Positions 15,976 to 26,263 of a stretch of 64,000 nucleotides of DNA are shown in pieces (the stretch's first letter is position 1; each line of letters starts with the position of its first letter). The notes beneath the pieces were generated by a model. It did no database searches, was not told the origin of the DNA, and worked only from the letters and a program-made list of their open reading frames with translations. The stretch comes from Patescibacteria group bacterium (GTDB lineage Bacteria; Patescibacteriota; Microgenomatia; 0-14-0-10-38-17): positions 335,437 to 399,436 of the forward strand of contig JBMNNJ010000001.1 of the NCBI GenBank assembly GCA_050953885.1, given 5' to 3'. The position numbers were made by a program, and so were the translations under genes.

Positions 15976-18033
15976 ATGAATATTTTCATTCCCTCTTCCT
16001 GGCTCTCCGACTTTTTAAAAGCAAAAGCCTCGGTTGAGGAAATTGCCCGCTATCTTTCCTTATGCAGCCAATCGGTAGAAAAAATTCACCCTTCTCCTGA
16101 CGGTGATAAAATTTTGGAGATCGAAGTCACTTCTAACCGTCCCGACTGTCTTTCAGTGATCGGCATTGCCCGCGAGGCCAACGCTGCCCTCAAAAGCAAT
16201 GGTTTTTCTTCCTCTTTCCTGCCGCCCAAAAAAGAAAAAATTAACTTAACTTCCTTACCAAAGCTGCCTCTTAAAGTAACGATTACCCCTCCCTCGATTT
16301 GCCCACGCTTTTGCGCCCTGCTTATTGAGAATGTTAAAGTTGGTCCTTCTCCTAAGATTATTCAAGAAAGACTTAAAAAATCCGGCATCAGGGCAATCGA
16401 TAATGTCGTTGATATTTCCAATTATTTAATGATTGAAACCGGCCAGCCCATTCACACCTTTGATTATGACAAAATTTTGGACCAAAAAATGATCATGAGA
16501 CTGTCTAAGAAAGGCGAAGCGGTAACGACGCTGGACGGCGTCACAAGAGAATTGCCTGGTGGTGATATTGTGATTGAAGACGGGAAGGGGCGGCTAATTG
16601 ATCTTTGCGGCATTATGGGAGGAGAAAACAGCGCTATCGATAAAAACACCAAACGAGTCCTTTTTTTTGTCCAAGCTTATGACCCCGTTTTAATCCGCCG
16701 TACTTCAATGCTTTTGGGCCATCGTACCGAGGCGGCAATGCGTTTTGAACGAGGCATCGACCTTGAAGCCATTCCCGAAGTAGTTTTCCGAGGAGCAAAA
16801 CTTATTGCCCAAAACGCCAACGGGAAAATTGCTTCCCAACTGGTTGATATTTATCCCCGTAAAAAGTCCCCAAAAATTGTCTCCCTAAATTTTGCCAAGG
16901 CGGCAAAAATTATCAATGCTTCCCTCAAACCGGAAAAAATAATTGAAAGCTTAACTCTGTTAGAATTTAGGCTCCAAAAGAAAACAAAAGAGGAGGCCAT
17001 CTTTTTGGTTCCCAGCTTTAGAAGCGAGGACATTTCCTGCCAGGAAGACTTGGTTGAGGAAATCGCTCGCCTTTACGGCTATTTTAATTTAAAAAGTATT
17101 CTCCCGCCCTTGCCGGAAAACCTTACCCCGCCGCCGGAAAAACCAGACCCTAGCAAAAAAGGAAAATTCGAACCGCTTTTTTCTTGGGAAAAAAAGGCCA
17201 AAACCTACCTTTGCCACCAAGGCCTTTGGGAAAGCTTTTCTTATTCATTTTTAAGCCGGGAATTAATTAATAAAAGCCGCCTTGAAAAGCCCTGTTTGCG
17301 TCTTAAAAATCCTATTTCAGCGGAATTTGAATATTTGCGAAGCTCTCTTTTCACCTCGCTTTTGCAAACTTTTTCCCAAAATCAAGCTAACTTTCCCCAA
17401 ATTTCTTTCTTTGAACTGACCAACATTTACTTGCCTCAAAAGAATAACCTGCCCCACGAAAAAAGACAATTAGCAGCCTTAAGCCCGGAAAAGAATATTT
17501 TTAAAGTTAAGGGTATTATTGAAGGTCTTTTCTTGGAAATGGGCGTTAAAAACTATTCTTTTACCGCCCAAAAAAAAGAAGAATCCCCTTGGGCAGAAAA
17601 GAAAGAAGGCGTCCAAATTATCGCTCATCAAAAACCGGTGGGGTTCTTAGGATTTATTGACCCCCAAATTCTTAATAATTTTCAAATAAAAACTCCTTTG
17701 GTTGGCTTTGTTCTTGACTTCGAAGAACTAGCCCAAGAGGCAACTACGGCCAAAACTTATGCGCCTCTTCCTTCTTTTCCTCCCGTTATTGAAGACCTAA
17801 CTCTTTCCTTTCCTCCCAAAACTTATCTTGGTCCGGTTATCACCACCATTAAAACCACTTCTTCATTAATTAAAAAAGTAGAAATTGCCAGCGCTTTTGG
17901 CAACCGCCGCACTTTTCGCCTTACCTATCAACATCCCCGCCACAATCTTAACAGTAATGAGGTTAAAAAACTAAGGGAAAAAATTATTAAAACTTTGGAG
18001 GAAAAATTTAGCGCCAAGGCCGTGGTGGGATAA
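15976..18033 (+). CDS. pheT: Phenylalanyl-tRNA synthetase beta subunit
   Basis: MNIFIPSSWLSDFL at the N-terminus, B3/B4 and B5 regions (EIEVTSNRPDCLSVIGIAREA) and a C-terminal anticodon-binding-like domain. The ORF track starts at 15940 overlapping pheS; ATG 15976 is more likely. Confidence 0.88.
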   Translation: MNIFIPSSWLSDFLKAKASVEEIARYLSLCSQSVEKIHPSPDGDKILEIEVTSNRPDCLSVIGIAREANAALKSNGFSSSFLPPKKEKINLTSLPKLPLKVTITPPSICPRFCALLIENVKVGPSPKIIQERLKKSGIRAIDNVVDISNYLMIETGQPIHTFDYDKILDQKMIMRLSKKGEAVTTLDGVTRELPGGDIVIEDGKGRLIDLCGIMGGENSAIDKNTKRVLFFVQAYDPVLIRRTSMLLGHRTEAAMRFERGIDLEAIPEVVFRGAKLIAQNANGKIASQLVDIYPRKKSPKIVSLNFAKAAKIINASLKPEKIIESLTLLEFRLQKKTKEEAIFLVPSFRSEDISCQEDLVEEIARLYGYFNLKSILPPLPENLTPPPEKPDPSKKGKFEPLFSWEKKAKTYLCHQGLWESFSYSFLSRELINKSRLEKPCLRLKNPISAEFEYLRSSLFTSLLQTFSQNQANFPQISFFELTNIYLPQKNNLPHEKRQLAALSPEKNIFKVKGIIEGLFLEMGVKNYSFTAQKKEESPWAEKKEGVQIIAHQKPVGFLGFIDPQILNNFQIKTPLVGFVLDFEELAQEATTAKTYAPLPSFPPVIEDLTLSFPPKTYLGPVITTIKTTSSLIKKVEIASAFGNRRTFRLTYQHPRHNLNSNEVKKLREKIIKTLEEKFSAKAVVG

Positions 18034-18115
18034 CGTGAACCCGCAGGGGTGATTCATAAATCAAGGCATGCTCCAAAGAATGGAGTAGCGGCCTTCGGCC
18101 CGTGCGGGAATAAGC

Positions 18116-18146
18116 GCGCAATAAATTGCGCTATTTCAATTATTTC
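18116..18146 (+). terminator. Rho-independent terminator candidate downstream of pheT
   Basis: GCGCAA-TAAA-TTGCGC hairpin (6-bp stem, 4-nt loop) followed by the T-rich tract TATTTCAATTATTTC. A GGCCTTCGGCC UUCG-type hairpin lies at 18088-18100. Confidence 0.45.
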
Positions 18147-18213
18147 ATTCGCTCATTCGCATTAATTCGTGTTTCCATTCGCGTTGATTCGCGTATTTTA
18201 ACAATTTAACAAT
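18143..18213. repeat. Tandem array of degenerate 'CATTCGCGT' units followed by TTTAACAATTTAACAAT
   Basis: Equivalent arrays, in either orientation, lie at 2120-2183, 4250-4290, 11415-11459, 29395-29445, 30200-30290, 30961-31010, 33100-33142, 34720-34780, 35640-35690, 36550-36600, 39254-39320, 56150-56220, 58720-58760, 59340-59385 and 61440-61480. Confidence 0.65.
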
Positions 18214-18219
18214 ATCTTT

Positions 18220-18567
18220 TCAGTTATTCCTTCTCCCTCGATGCTGTCTTTTGGAAAAAGGAGTTTCTTCAATTTGAGCCATTTGCATCGCCCTTTCCTT
18301 AATCATTATTCCCCGTGGCCGGTTATATTGAGGATCATTTTCCTCCAGCCACCGGCAACTTTCTTCATCCAAACCTTCATAAAACTCATTTACCATTACT
18401 GTCGTTTTCTCCCGATCAAAATTAATTTTATTCTTAAAAATTTCTTCCCACAATCCTAACGCCCGCTCAACCACTTCCCGTGTCCCGTTATCCATATCCG
18501 AAGGCAGAGGCATTTCCCGCCCCGAAGGACGAGGAAAAGGCATTTCCCTTCTAATTTCTTTACTCAT
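18220..18567 (-). CDS. Hypothetical small protein (115 aa) downstream of PBP1A
   Basis: An ORF with an internal duplication REMPFPRPSGREMPLPSD and no recognisable family. Confidence 0.4.
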   Translation of the reverse strand: MSKEIRREMPFPRPSGREMPLPSDMDNGTREVVERALGLWEEIFKNKINFDREKTTVMVNEFYEGLDEESCRWLEENDPQYNRPRGIMIKERAMQMAQIEETPFSKRQHRGRRNN

Positions 18568-18790
18568 GTCTATTTTTGCTTAGTAAATTCTACTATAGAT
18601 ATAGTAAAATAAAAAACAGAACTTGTCAATTCCCGCCCTTAGGACAACACCGGGTGTGGCAAACTGCCAATTCCAAACCTGAAAAGCGATTACCACAAAA
18701 ACTCCATGTTCAGCTGATTTTCCGCCCAAAATACTCACCAAATTAAATTTATTCTTTATCACGTTCCCTTAGATTTTAATAACCTTTAGC

Positions 18791-21451
18791 TTACTCCTCT
18801 CCGGTTGGCAAAAGGGTAGGCGAGAGGTTGGGGGTTAACGAGGGAACAGGAGTAAGTGTCGGCGAGGGGGAGAGTAAGGGCGTGGGGGTGGGGGTGGGGG
18901 CTTGCCAATCCCAAGCGACATTCACTCCAATTTTAATCTCTTCTTCTTTTTCCCGACCCTTAACATCCCGAACTTTGGCCTTAAGTTTATGCGGGCCATC
19001 GGGTAAAACCAAAGTAAGCCGGTATGGCGGGGAGGTGAAGGTTTCTTTCTCCTGATCATCAGCCCAAATCTTTACCCACTCTGTTTTTTCCAAAGAATTA
19101 ACTTCCACCTCTACTTCAAATTTATTCTCCACCTTTTCTTCATTTTTAGGCTTCTTAAAACGAATGGCCAGTTCTCCTCCCTGACAATATTCTTTGGGAG
19201 GATGATAACGAGGGTCTTCCTGGGTCGCTACCCACTCGTCAATCCCCTTTTGCCAACGGTTTTCTCCTCCCCAATAGGCGGCAAAAGGATCTTCTTCGGC
19301 AAAGATAAAAAATTCTTTCTCTTCATAATTTCCGTTCGCAATATCTTCCGGCGTTGCCAGTTTCCCCTCGTCACGGCAAATCTTTAAAAAAACATGAGTC
19401 TTGTCTTCACCTTGAGGCTGGGTTCCCTTGAGAAAATATTCCTGACGGGAGGGAAAACCGTCGTGAGCCAATTGCCCGGAAACAACATCAATATCCGCCT
19501 TAACCACCTCGTCGGGAGGAGTAAAGTTAACGTTCGGCTTGTCCTTCAGGGCCACCATAATTACTCGGCGCCAAATGGGGCTGGCGCCGGAAATGCCCGA
19601 AGCCACTTGTTTCATCGAAGAATTATCATTATTACCCACCCAAACTCCTACCAAAACCTGCGGCGTCCAACCCACCGCCCAATTATCCTTCATATTGTTT
19701 GTCGTCCCCGTTTTCACCGCTACCTGACGGCCGGGAATGTTAAGAAGAGAATTGGCGCCAAAAGAAATTAAACGGGCATTATTATCCGAAAGAATATCGG
19801 AAATAATAAATGCTTCCCCCTCCGTTAAAACCTGTTTTCCTTTTGTCGGCTTAAACTCTTCTAAAACTTTTCCTTCTTGGTTTTCTACTTTTAAAATTGC
19901 CGTCGGTTCCACCTTCAGTCCGCCGTTGGCAAAAGCCGCATAAGCGCCGGCCATCTCTATTAGCCTTACTTCCCCTCCACCCAAGGTAACGGCCAAACCA
20001 AATTTAGACAAATTTTCCGCTGTCGGTTTAAGAGTGTTAAAACCCATCTGGTAGGCAGTTTCTAGCATATTTTCCAAACCCACCTGGGCCAACATCTTGA
20101 CCGCCGGCACATTCAAAGAATTGCCCAAAGCAGAACGCATCAAAACCGGCCCATGATACTTGCCGTCATAATTAACGGGAATATATGGTTTTTCTTTAGA
20201 AGCGCCGGGGAATTCTGTCCGTGTATCCAACAAAAGGTGGGCAGCAGTATAGCCCTTTTTCAGAGCGGTTACATAAGTAACCGGCTTAATGGCCGAACCG
20301 GGTTGGCGCAAGCCTTGAGTGACCACATTTACTTTGCCAAAATTAGGCTCGTTATAATCTCGCGATCCCACCATTGCCAAAATCTCCCCGCTTTCAGGTT
20401 CCAAAACAATCACCGCCCCGTTAGTGATATTAAGGTTAACCACTTTTTCTATCTCCTCCGCCACGATTTTCTCCGCTTCCTGTTGAAGATCTAGATCAAG
20501 AGTGGTGGTCACTTTCAGCCCGCCATTTTCCACCATTTCCTCGCCGTAACGATCCACCAAAAGTTGCTTAACAAACATCACAAAATGGGGAGCGGCAAAA
20601 TCGGAGGTACGAGCGGCAAACTGAACCTGATCCAGCTCTTCTTCTGCCTTTTGCCGCTGTTCAACGGTAATATAGCCATCTTCTTCCATCCGACGCAAAA
20701 CTTGTTTTGTTCGCTCTTTATAGGCTTCAGGATTAGCGCCAAAGGGAGAATAAGCGGTAGGCCCTTGCGGCAAACCAGCCAGGATCGCCGCTTCTGTTAA
20801 GGTTAACTGGGAAACAGGTTTACCAAAATAAAGTTCCGAGGCCGCTTCTACGCCTCGGGTATTGCCTCCATAAGGCACTTCATTGAGGTACATTTCTAAA
20901 ATTTGGTCTTTGGAAAAACGGGCTTCAATTTGTATCGCCAGAATAAACTCCTTAATTTTTCGCGGCAGCGTTCGTTCCGAGGTCAGCAAAACATTCTTTA
21001 CTAGTTGTTGGGTGAGAGTAGAGCCGCCCTGAAGCTGCTGATGGAAGATGATGTTATAAAAAGCCCGGGCAATTCCCCGAGGCGAGAAACCTTTATGTTG
21101 ATAAAATTCTTTATCCTCAATAGCAATGGTTGCTTGACGCAAAACTTGCGGCACCTGATCCAATATTACCGGCGTTCGCTTTTCTTCCTGATAAATATCA
21201 TAAAGCAATTTTTGGTTACGGTCGTAAATACGCGTCGCAAAACCTTCCCGACGCACTACTTTCCCCGGCTGGGGTAAATCTCGGGCATACCAGGCAAAAA
21301 GAGCCACCGTTCCCAAAATCGCCACCAAAACAAAAATCCCCAAACCTGTCAGCACTTTTTTCCAAGGGAAAGGCTTTTTATCCCTTTCTTTCTTAAAAGA
21401 CTGACGTTTTTTTCTCATCCTTTCCTGCCAATTTTTAAACCAATCATCCAT
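18791..21451 (-). CDS. Class A penicillin-binding protein (PBP1A-type transglycosylase/transpeptidase) with Pro/Thr-rich C-terminal tail
   Basis: An N-terminal TM anchor, GT51 motifs (IAIEDKEFYQHKGFSPRGIARA; GGSTLTQQLVKN), the transpeptidase SxxK (PGSAIKPV), SxN and KTG(T) motifs, and a C-terminal PTPTPTP...LTPVPSLTP linker. Confidence 0.88.
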   Translation of the reverse strand: MDDWFKNWQERMRKKRQSFKKERDKKPFPWKKVLTGLGIFVLVAILGTVALFAWYARDLPQPGKVVRREGFATRIYDRNQKLLYDIYQEEKRTPVILDQVPQVLRQATIAIEDKEFYQHKGFSPRGIARAFYNIIFHQQLQGGSTLTQQLVKNVLLTSERTLPRKIKEFILAIQIEARFSKDQILEMYLNEVPYGGNTRGVEAASELYFGKPVSQLTLTEAAILAGLPQGPTAYSPFGANPEAYKERTKQVLRRMEEDGYITVEQRQKAEEELDQVQFAARTSDFAAPHFVMFVKQLLVDRYGEEMVENGGLKVTTTLDLDLQQEAEKIVAEEIEKVVNLNITNGAVIVLEPESGEILAMVGSRDYNEPNFGKVNVVTQGLRQPGSAIKPVTYVTALKKGYTAAHLLLDTRTEFPGASKEKPYIPVNYDGKYHGPVLMRSALGNSLNVPAVKMLAQVGLENMLETAYQMGFNTLKPTAENLSKFGLAVTLGGGEVRLIEMAGAYAAFANGGLKVEPTAILKVENQEGKVLEEFKPTKGKQVLTEGEAFIISDILSDNNARLISFGANSLLNIPGRQVAVKTGTTNNMKDNWAVGWTPQVLVGVWVGNNDNSSMKQVASGISGASPIWRRVIMVALKDKPNVNFTPPDEVVKADIDVVSGQLAHDGFPSRQEYFLKGTQPQGEDKTHVFLKICRDEGKLATPEDIANGNYEEKEFFIFAEEDPFAAYWGGENRWQKGIDEWVATQEDPRYHPPKEYCQGGELAIRFKKPKNEEKVENKFEVEVEVNSLEKTEWVKIWADDQEKETFTSPPYRLTLVLPDGPHKLKAKVRDVKGREKEEEIKIGVNVAWDWQAPTPTPTPLLSPSPTLTPVPSLTPNLSPTLLPTGEE

Positions 21452-21504
21452 TTCGCTTTCTTGAATTTAAAATCATTTTAGACTAAAATGAGAAAATAGG
21501 CAAG

Positions 21505-21621
21505 ATGAAAGATAAAAAGATTAAAAAAATCATCAGTTTAGCAATTATCGTCGCCTTTGCGGCGGTTATTTTAACCTCCTTAATTCCTTTTGTGGGAACA
21601 ATTTTTCTTGGCAGCCGGTGA
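21505..21621 (+). CDS. Possible small membrane peptide (38 aa)
   Basis: MKDKKIKKIISLAIIVAFAAVILTSLIPFVGTIFLGSR, transcribed divergently from PBP1A. It has no clear RBS, so this is weak. Confidence 0.25.
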   Translation: MKDKKIKKIISLAIIVAFAAVILTSLIPFVGTIFLGSR

Positions 21622-21889
21622 GAAAACTAAAAGACGCGAATGAGAAACGAAAGAATAAAGCAAAGTGCAAATCTCAAAATGCAAAACCAAGCTCAAAAAC
21701 CAAAACCAGAAGCTGAAAATATTTTTGAACTTTGATTTAGGTTTTGCTCTTTGCTTTTTGCACTTTGCTTTTGCTCATTACACATGCTACGCATTACGGA
21801 CCTATTCGACCCACAACAATGAAACAATGTAACAATGAAATTCTGATACTTAATACATAATACTAAATACTTAATACAATATATAATAC

Positions 21890-23932
21890 ATGTCCCTAAA
21901 CCTCTCCGACTCGATTAGCAAGCTTCCTAAGGTTAACAAAAGTTATCTTCCCAAGCTTAAAAAATTAGGAATTAAAACCGTTGAGGATCTCCTTTACCAT
22001 TTTCCCTCGCGGCACATTGACTTTTCTTTAGTCTCCAAAATTAACCAAGCCCAAGTGGGGGAAATTTTGACTATTCGCGGGCAGGTGGTTAAAATTACCA
22101 GTGAGCCAAAAGGAAGAGGGAAAAGCATCCAACGAGCCACTATTATTGATGAAACAGGGCAAATTAACGCCATTTGGTTTAACCAACCATATTTAACCAA
22201 AATCTTTTTGGGGAAAACCATTAGCCTTTCCGGTGAGGTAAAACAATTTGCTGGCCGTTTAGTTCTCTCCTCGCCTGATTTTGAGATAAACTCTTTCTAT
22301 CGAAAAAATATCCATACCGGCCGGTTAGTGCCGGTTTATCCTCTCACCGCCGGCCTTTCTTCACGCTGGCTGCGCTGGCAAATAAGCAGCGCCTTAAAAC
22401 TCACCGCTGACCAAATTAAAGAATTTTTACCCCCCAAGCTGCTTCTTAGCGAAAGCCTGATTAATCAACAGGAAGCAATTAAGAAAATTCATTTCCCCGA
22501 GAACAGGATTGCTTTGGAAAAAGCGCGGGAAAGGCTTTCCTTTGATGAGCTATTTTGCTTTCAACTGGCCGGTTTTTGGCGCAAAGCCAAATGGCAAAAA
22601 GAAAGAAAGGCCTTTCCGCTCAAATCCGAACCGGAAAAAATTAAAGCTTTCCTAAAAACTCTTCCTTTTACCTTAACTGACGCTCAAAAAAGAGCCATTA
22701 GAGCTATTTTAAGCGATTTAAGCCAAAATAAGCCGGCTAATCGTCTTCTTCAGGGAGATGTGGGCAGCGGAAAAACAATTGTGGCCGCCACGGCCGCTTA
22801 CGCTACTTTCTTAAACGGCAAAAAAACCATCTTTATGGCCCCTACCGAAATCTTGGCCCAGCAGCACTACCAAACATTAAAAAAACTTCTTCCCAAATTA
22901 AAAATCGGCCTCTTAAGCTCGACCAGCAAAAAAAACACTCAAAAAGCAGATATTCTTGTTGGAACCCACGCGCTGCTTTTTAAAAAAGAACTGCCAGAAA
23001 ATGTCGCCCTATTGGTTATCGACGAGCAACACCGCTTCGGCGTTGCCCAACGGGCCGCCTTACTTGAAAAAAGCTCCCAAGAAAAATTTTTCCCTCATCT
23101 TCTCACTATCAGCGCCACCCCCATTCCCCGCACCATTGCCTTAACTTTCTTAGGCGATTTGAGTCTTACCTACTTAGACCAAATGCCGCCGGGCAGAAAA
23201 CCGGTTAAAACTTGGCTGGTGCCGGAAGAAAAACGGCGCGCCGCTTATACTTGGATAGAAAAAGAAATTAAAAAAAATCATCAACAGGCTTTTGTTATTT
23301 GCCCCTTAGTAGAGCAGTCGGAAAAAGAACTTTTAAAAAATATTAAAGCCGCCACTGCCGAATATGAAAAGCTGAAAAAAATTTTCCCCTCCCTTAAACT
23401 TGCTCTCCTTCACGGCCGTACTCCTGCCTTAGAAAAAGAAAAAATTATCAAACAGTTTGCCCGGGATAAAATTGATATCTTGGTTGCCACCCCCATTGTT
23501 GAGGTAGGCATTGATATTCCCGGCGCTAATTTAATCATCATCGAGGCCGCCGACCGTTTTGGCTTAGCTCAACTTCACCAGTTGCGCGGTCGGGTAGGCA
23601 GAAGAGAAAAGCAGGCCTATTGCCTGCTTTTTGCCTCGCCAAAAACAGGCCAAAAAAGCCTAAAACGCCTCCAGCTTTTTAGCCAAACCTATTCCGGCAT
23701 AAAATTGGCTCAAATAGATCTTGAAGAAAGGGGACCGGGAGAAATTTACGGGACAGCCCAGCATGGCTTTCCCCAAGCCAAAATTGCCTCTTTATCCGAC
23801 GCCCAATTAATTGAAAAAGTGCAAAAAGTTGTCAAAAATTTTGGCCCGGAGTTTTTAAAATCACCCGAAAAATTCCCTCTCTTGCAAAAAAGAGTGGAAA
23901 ATTATACAATAAAGCCCGTAGAAGCGAACTAA
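21890..23932 (+). CDS. recG: ATP-dependent DNA helicase RecG
   Basis: An N-terminal wedge domain, the Walker A motif DVGSGKTIVA, DEQHRFG (DExH) and helicase motif VI QLRGRVGR; 680 aa. Confidence 0.9.
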   Translation: MSLNLSDSISKLPKVNKSYLPKLKKLGIKTVEDLLYHFPSRHIDFSLVSKINQAQVGEILTIRGQVVKITSEPKGRGKSIQRATIIDETGQINAIWFNQPYLTKIFLGKTISLSGEVKQFAGRLVLSSPDFEINSFYRKNIHTGRLVPVYPLTAGLSSRWLRWQISSALKLTADQIKEFLPPKLLLSESLINQQEAIKKIHFPENRIALEKARERLSFDELFCFQLAGFWRKAKWQKERKAFPLKSEPEKIKAFLKTLPFTLTDAQKRAIRAILSDLSQNKPANRLLQGDVGSGKTIVAATAAYATFLNGKKTIFMAPTEILAQQHYQTLKKLLPKLKIGLLSSTSKKNTQKADILVGTHALLFKKELPENVALLVIDEQHRFGVAQRAALLEKSSQEKFFPHLLTISATPIPRTIALTFLGDLSLTYLDQMPPGRKPVKTWLVPEEKRRAAYTWIEKEIKKNHQQAFVICPLVEQSEKELLKNIKAATAEYEKLKKIFPSLKLALLHGRTPALEKEKIIKQFARDKIDILVATPIVEVGIDIPGANLIIIEAADRFGLAQLHQLRGRVGRREKQAYCLLFASPKTGQKSLKRLQLFSQTYSGIKLAQIDLEERGPGEIYGTAQHGFPQAKIASLSDAQLIEKVQKVVKNFGPEFLKSPEKFPLLQKRVENYTIKPVEAN

Positions 23933-24263
23933 AAAAGACGCGAATTAATACGAATGGAAAACAAATGAACGAATAGATGGTGTAAAAATAATTCAAAATT
24001 CAAAATTTAAAAGTCAAAATTGCAAGTTAAAAGTTAAAAGTTTTTTGCTCTACTTTTAAATTTTGGCTTGTACTTTTGACTTTTAGCTATTCGATTCTGA
24101 CTTTCGTCAGAACCTGTCCTGAACTTAATTCAGGAATGACGGCCACGATTAGCGTCATTCTGAACTTGATTCAGAATCAGTTAGATCCTGTCCGCCGGCT
24201 GGCGGATTGCATTTGTCTATTACCTGCAACAGTTTGATAATTTAATAATATTTATCTTTTCTT

Positions 24264-24470
24264 ATGACTGCCTTACCAAAACGAAAAATTTCTACCCAAA
24301 GAGGAGGGAAAAGAGAACGGGCGTGGCAAGACCAATTTCGCCGGCCGGGGCTAATTGTCTGTTCTTACTGCGGGAAAAAAATTCCTCCCCACAAAGCTTG
24401 TCCTTATTGCGGCTATTATAAAAACGCCCTTGTTTTGAAAATTAAAGAGAAATCCCAAAAGGCCTCATGA
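24264..24470 (+). CDS. rpmF: 50S ribosomal protein L32 (zinc-ribbon form)
   Basis: MTALPKRKISTQRGGKRER... with CSYCG...CPYCG (CxxC...CxxC). Confidence 0.8.
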   Translation: MTALPKRKISTQRGGKRERAWQDQFRRPGLIVCSYCGKKIPPHKACPYCGYYKNALVLKIKEKSQKAS

Positions 24471-24862
24471 AAAAGAGAAGCGATCCCCGACACAAAGAAA
24501 GACAAGCAGCCGTTAAAGAACTTTTCGCTCAATCCTTTTCCCCCCAAAACCAAAGAACTTTAAAAGAAAAAACTAGAGAAATTCTAAAGTTAGCACCAGA
24601 AATTGATAAGCTAATTGAAAAAGCGGCGCCAGAGTTTTCCCTGGGGGGGATTAATAAAATCGATTTGGCTATTCTGCGGCTGGCTGTTTTTGAGCTTCTT
24701 TGGGAAAAAAAACAACCCCCGGCAGTGATTATCGACGAAGCCGTCGAGCTGGCAAAAGAATTCGGTAGTCAAAGTTCACCCAAGTTTGTCAACGGCGCCT
24801 TGGGAACGATACTTGAAAAAGCGATACATGAAACAAGAATGCAAAGGAACAATGATAAATGA
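24467..24862 (+). CDS. nusB: Transcription antitermination factor NusB
   Basis: RHKERQAAVKELF...IDEAVELAKEFGSQSSPKFVNGALGTILEKA, the typical NusB C-terminal signature. Confidence 0.85.
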   Translation: MKKRSDPRHKERQAAVKELFAQSFSPQNQRTLKEKTREILKLAPEIDKLIEKAAPEFSLGGINKIDLAILRLAVFELLWEKKQPPAVIIDEAVELAKEFGSQSSPKFVNGALGTILEKAIHETRMQRNNDK

Positions 24863-25055
24863 CAAATAAAAGATAAAGGCAAAGCGCAAATATCAAAAAT
24901 CAAAAACTAGACCAAAGCGCAAAGACATTTCTAATTTATGGTTTTGGTTTTTGAGTTTGGTTTTGCATTTTGCCCTTTGCGCTTTAATCTTGTTTTCTTA
25001 CGAGTTACTAACTTTTTACATTTTACATTTTCATTTTTAATTTTGACTTTTAATT

Positions 25056-25766
25056 ATGTTTAATACAACCGAAATCGAAAAAACCATTGGCATCGCCTTT
25101 AAAGATAAGAAATGGTTAAAACAAGCTTTTACTCACCGTTCTTATCTTAACGAGGAGAGAGAGGGGGAGAGAGTTTCAAACGAGCGTTTGGAATTTTTGG
25201 GCGATGCTATTTTAGAATTCTGGATTTCCGAAAAGCTTTTTAAGCTTTTCCCTGATTACCCGGAAGGCAAGCTTACCAACCTGCGCTCCCGACTGGTCTG
25301 CACCTCTTCTTTGGCAAAAATAAGCCGGCGGCTAAATTTAGGAAATTTCCTTCTTTTGTCCCGAGGCGAAGAAAAAGAAAATGGCCGGGAAAACCCTTCT
25401 CTCTTGGCAAATACCTTTGAAGCTTTAACTGGGGCTATTTATCAAGATCAAGGTCTTAAAAAAACAGCTATTTTTTTAGAAAAGCAATTAGGAGAGGAAA
25501 TCAAAAAAACTGCCCGACAAAGTCTTCTTAAAGATTACAAAAGCTATCTTCAAGAGGTCATTCAGGAAAAAGAAAAAATTACCCCCACTTATAAGCTTTT
25601 AAAAAGCAGCGGCCCGGCCCATAAAAAGGAATTTGTTTTTGCCGCTATGGCGGGAAAGAAAAAAATCGGGGAGGGCAGGGGAGCTTCAAAGCAGGAAGCC
25701 CAGCAGCAAGCCGCTCAACAGGCTCTTGAAAAATTAGGAGTCATTGCCAAAGAGAGTAAAAAATGA
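25056..25766 (+). CDS. rnc: Ribonuclease III
   Basis: The catalytic signature ERLEFLGDAILEF and a C-terminal dsRBD (...GPAHKKEFVF...GEGRGASKQEAQQQAAQQALEKL). Confidence 0.9.
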   Translation: MFNTTEIEKTIGIAFKDKKWLKQAFTHRSYLNEEREGERVSNERLEFLGDAILEFWISEKLFKLFPDYPEGKLTNLRSRLVCTSSLAKISRRLNLGNFLLLSRGEEKENGRENPSLLANTFEALTGAIYQDQGLKKTAIFLEKQLGEEIKKTARQSLLKDYKSYLQEVIQEKEKITPTYKLLKSSGPAHKKEFVFAAMAGKKKIGEGRGASKQEAQQQAAQQALEKLGVIAKESKK

Positions 25767-25798
25767 TAAAATAAAAAATCAATTTGTAAAAATTTCCA

Positions 25799-26025
25799 TG
25801 CTCAAAATTCGTCTTGCCCAAGTGGGCAAAAAAAACCAACGGTCTTACCGGATTGTTGTTAGCGAGGAAAGAAGCAAACGAGACAGCAAAAATGTCGAAA
25901 TATTAGGGGCCTACAACCCTAATTTAAAACCCCCGCTTTTGAAAGTAAAAAAAGATCGTCTTGAATATTGGTTACAACAAGGAGCCCAAGCAACATTAAC
26001 GGTAAGAAAATTAATCAATAACTAA
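25799..26025 (+). CDS. rpsP: 30S ribosomal protein S16
   Basis: MLKIRLAQVGKKNQRSYRIVV... The ORF track starts at 25744, but the S16 consensus begins at ATG 25799. Confidence 0.85.
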
Positions 26026-26026
26026 A

Positions 26027-26257
26027 ATGGAAGAATTTTTGGATTATTTGATTAAACAAATTGTTACCAAGCCCGAAGAGGTTAAAATTGAAAAAGAGGA
26101 AAAAGACGGCCAGCTATTTTTTACGGTTGAGGTAGCCCAAGAAGACCGAGGTCGCCTTATCGGCCGTGGAGGCAACATTATCAACTCTCTGCGCCATCTT
26201 TTAAACATTAAAGCGCAAAAAGAAGGCAAACAGGTTTTTTTAAGACTTAACTTCTAA
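26027..26257 (+). CDS. KH-domain RNA-binding protein (YlqC/UPF0109 family)
   Basis: GRLIGRGGNIINSLRHL (KH GXXG loop), with the typical position immediately after rpsP. Confidence 0.75.
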   Translation: MEEFLDYLIKQIVTKPEEVKIEKEEKDGQLFFTVEVAQEDRGRLIGRGGNIINSLRHLLNIKAQKEGKQVFLRLNF

Positions 26258-26263
26258 ATCATA

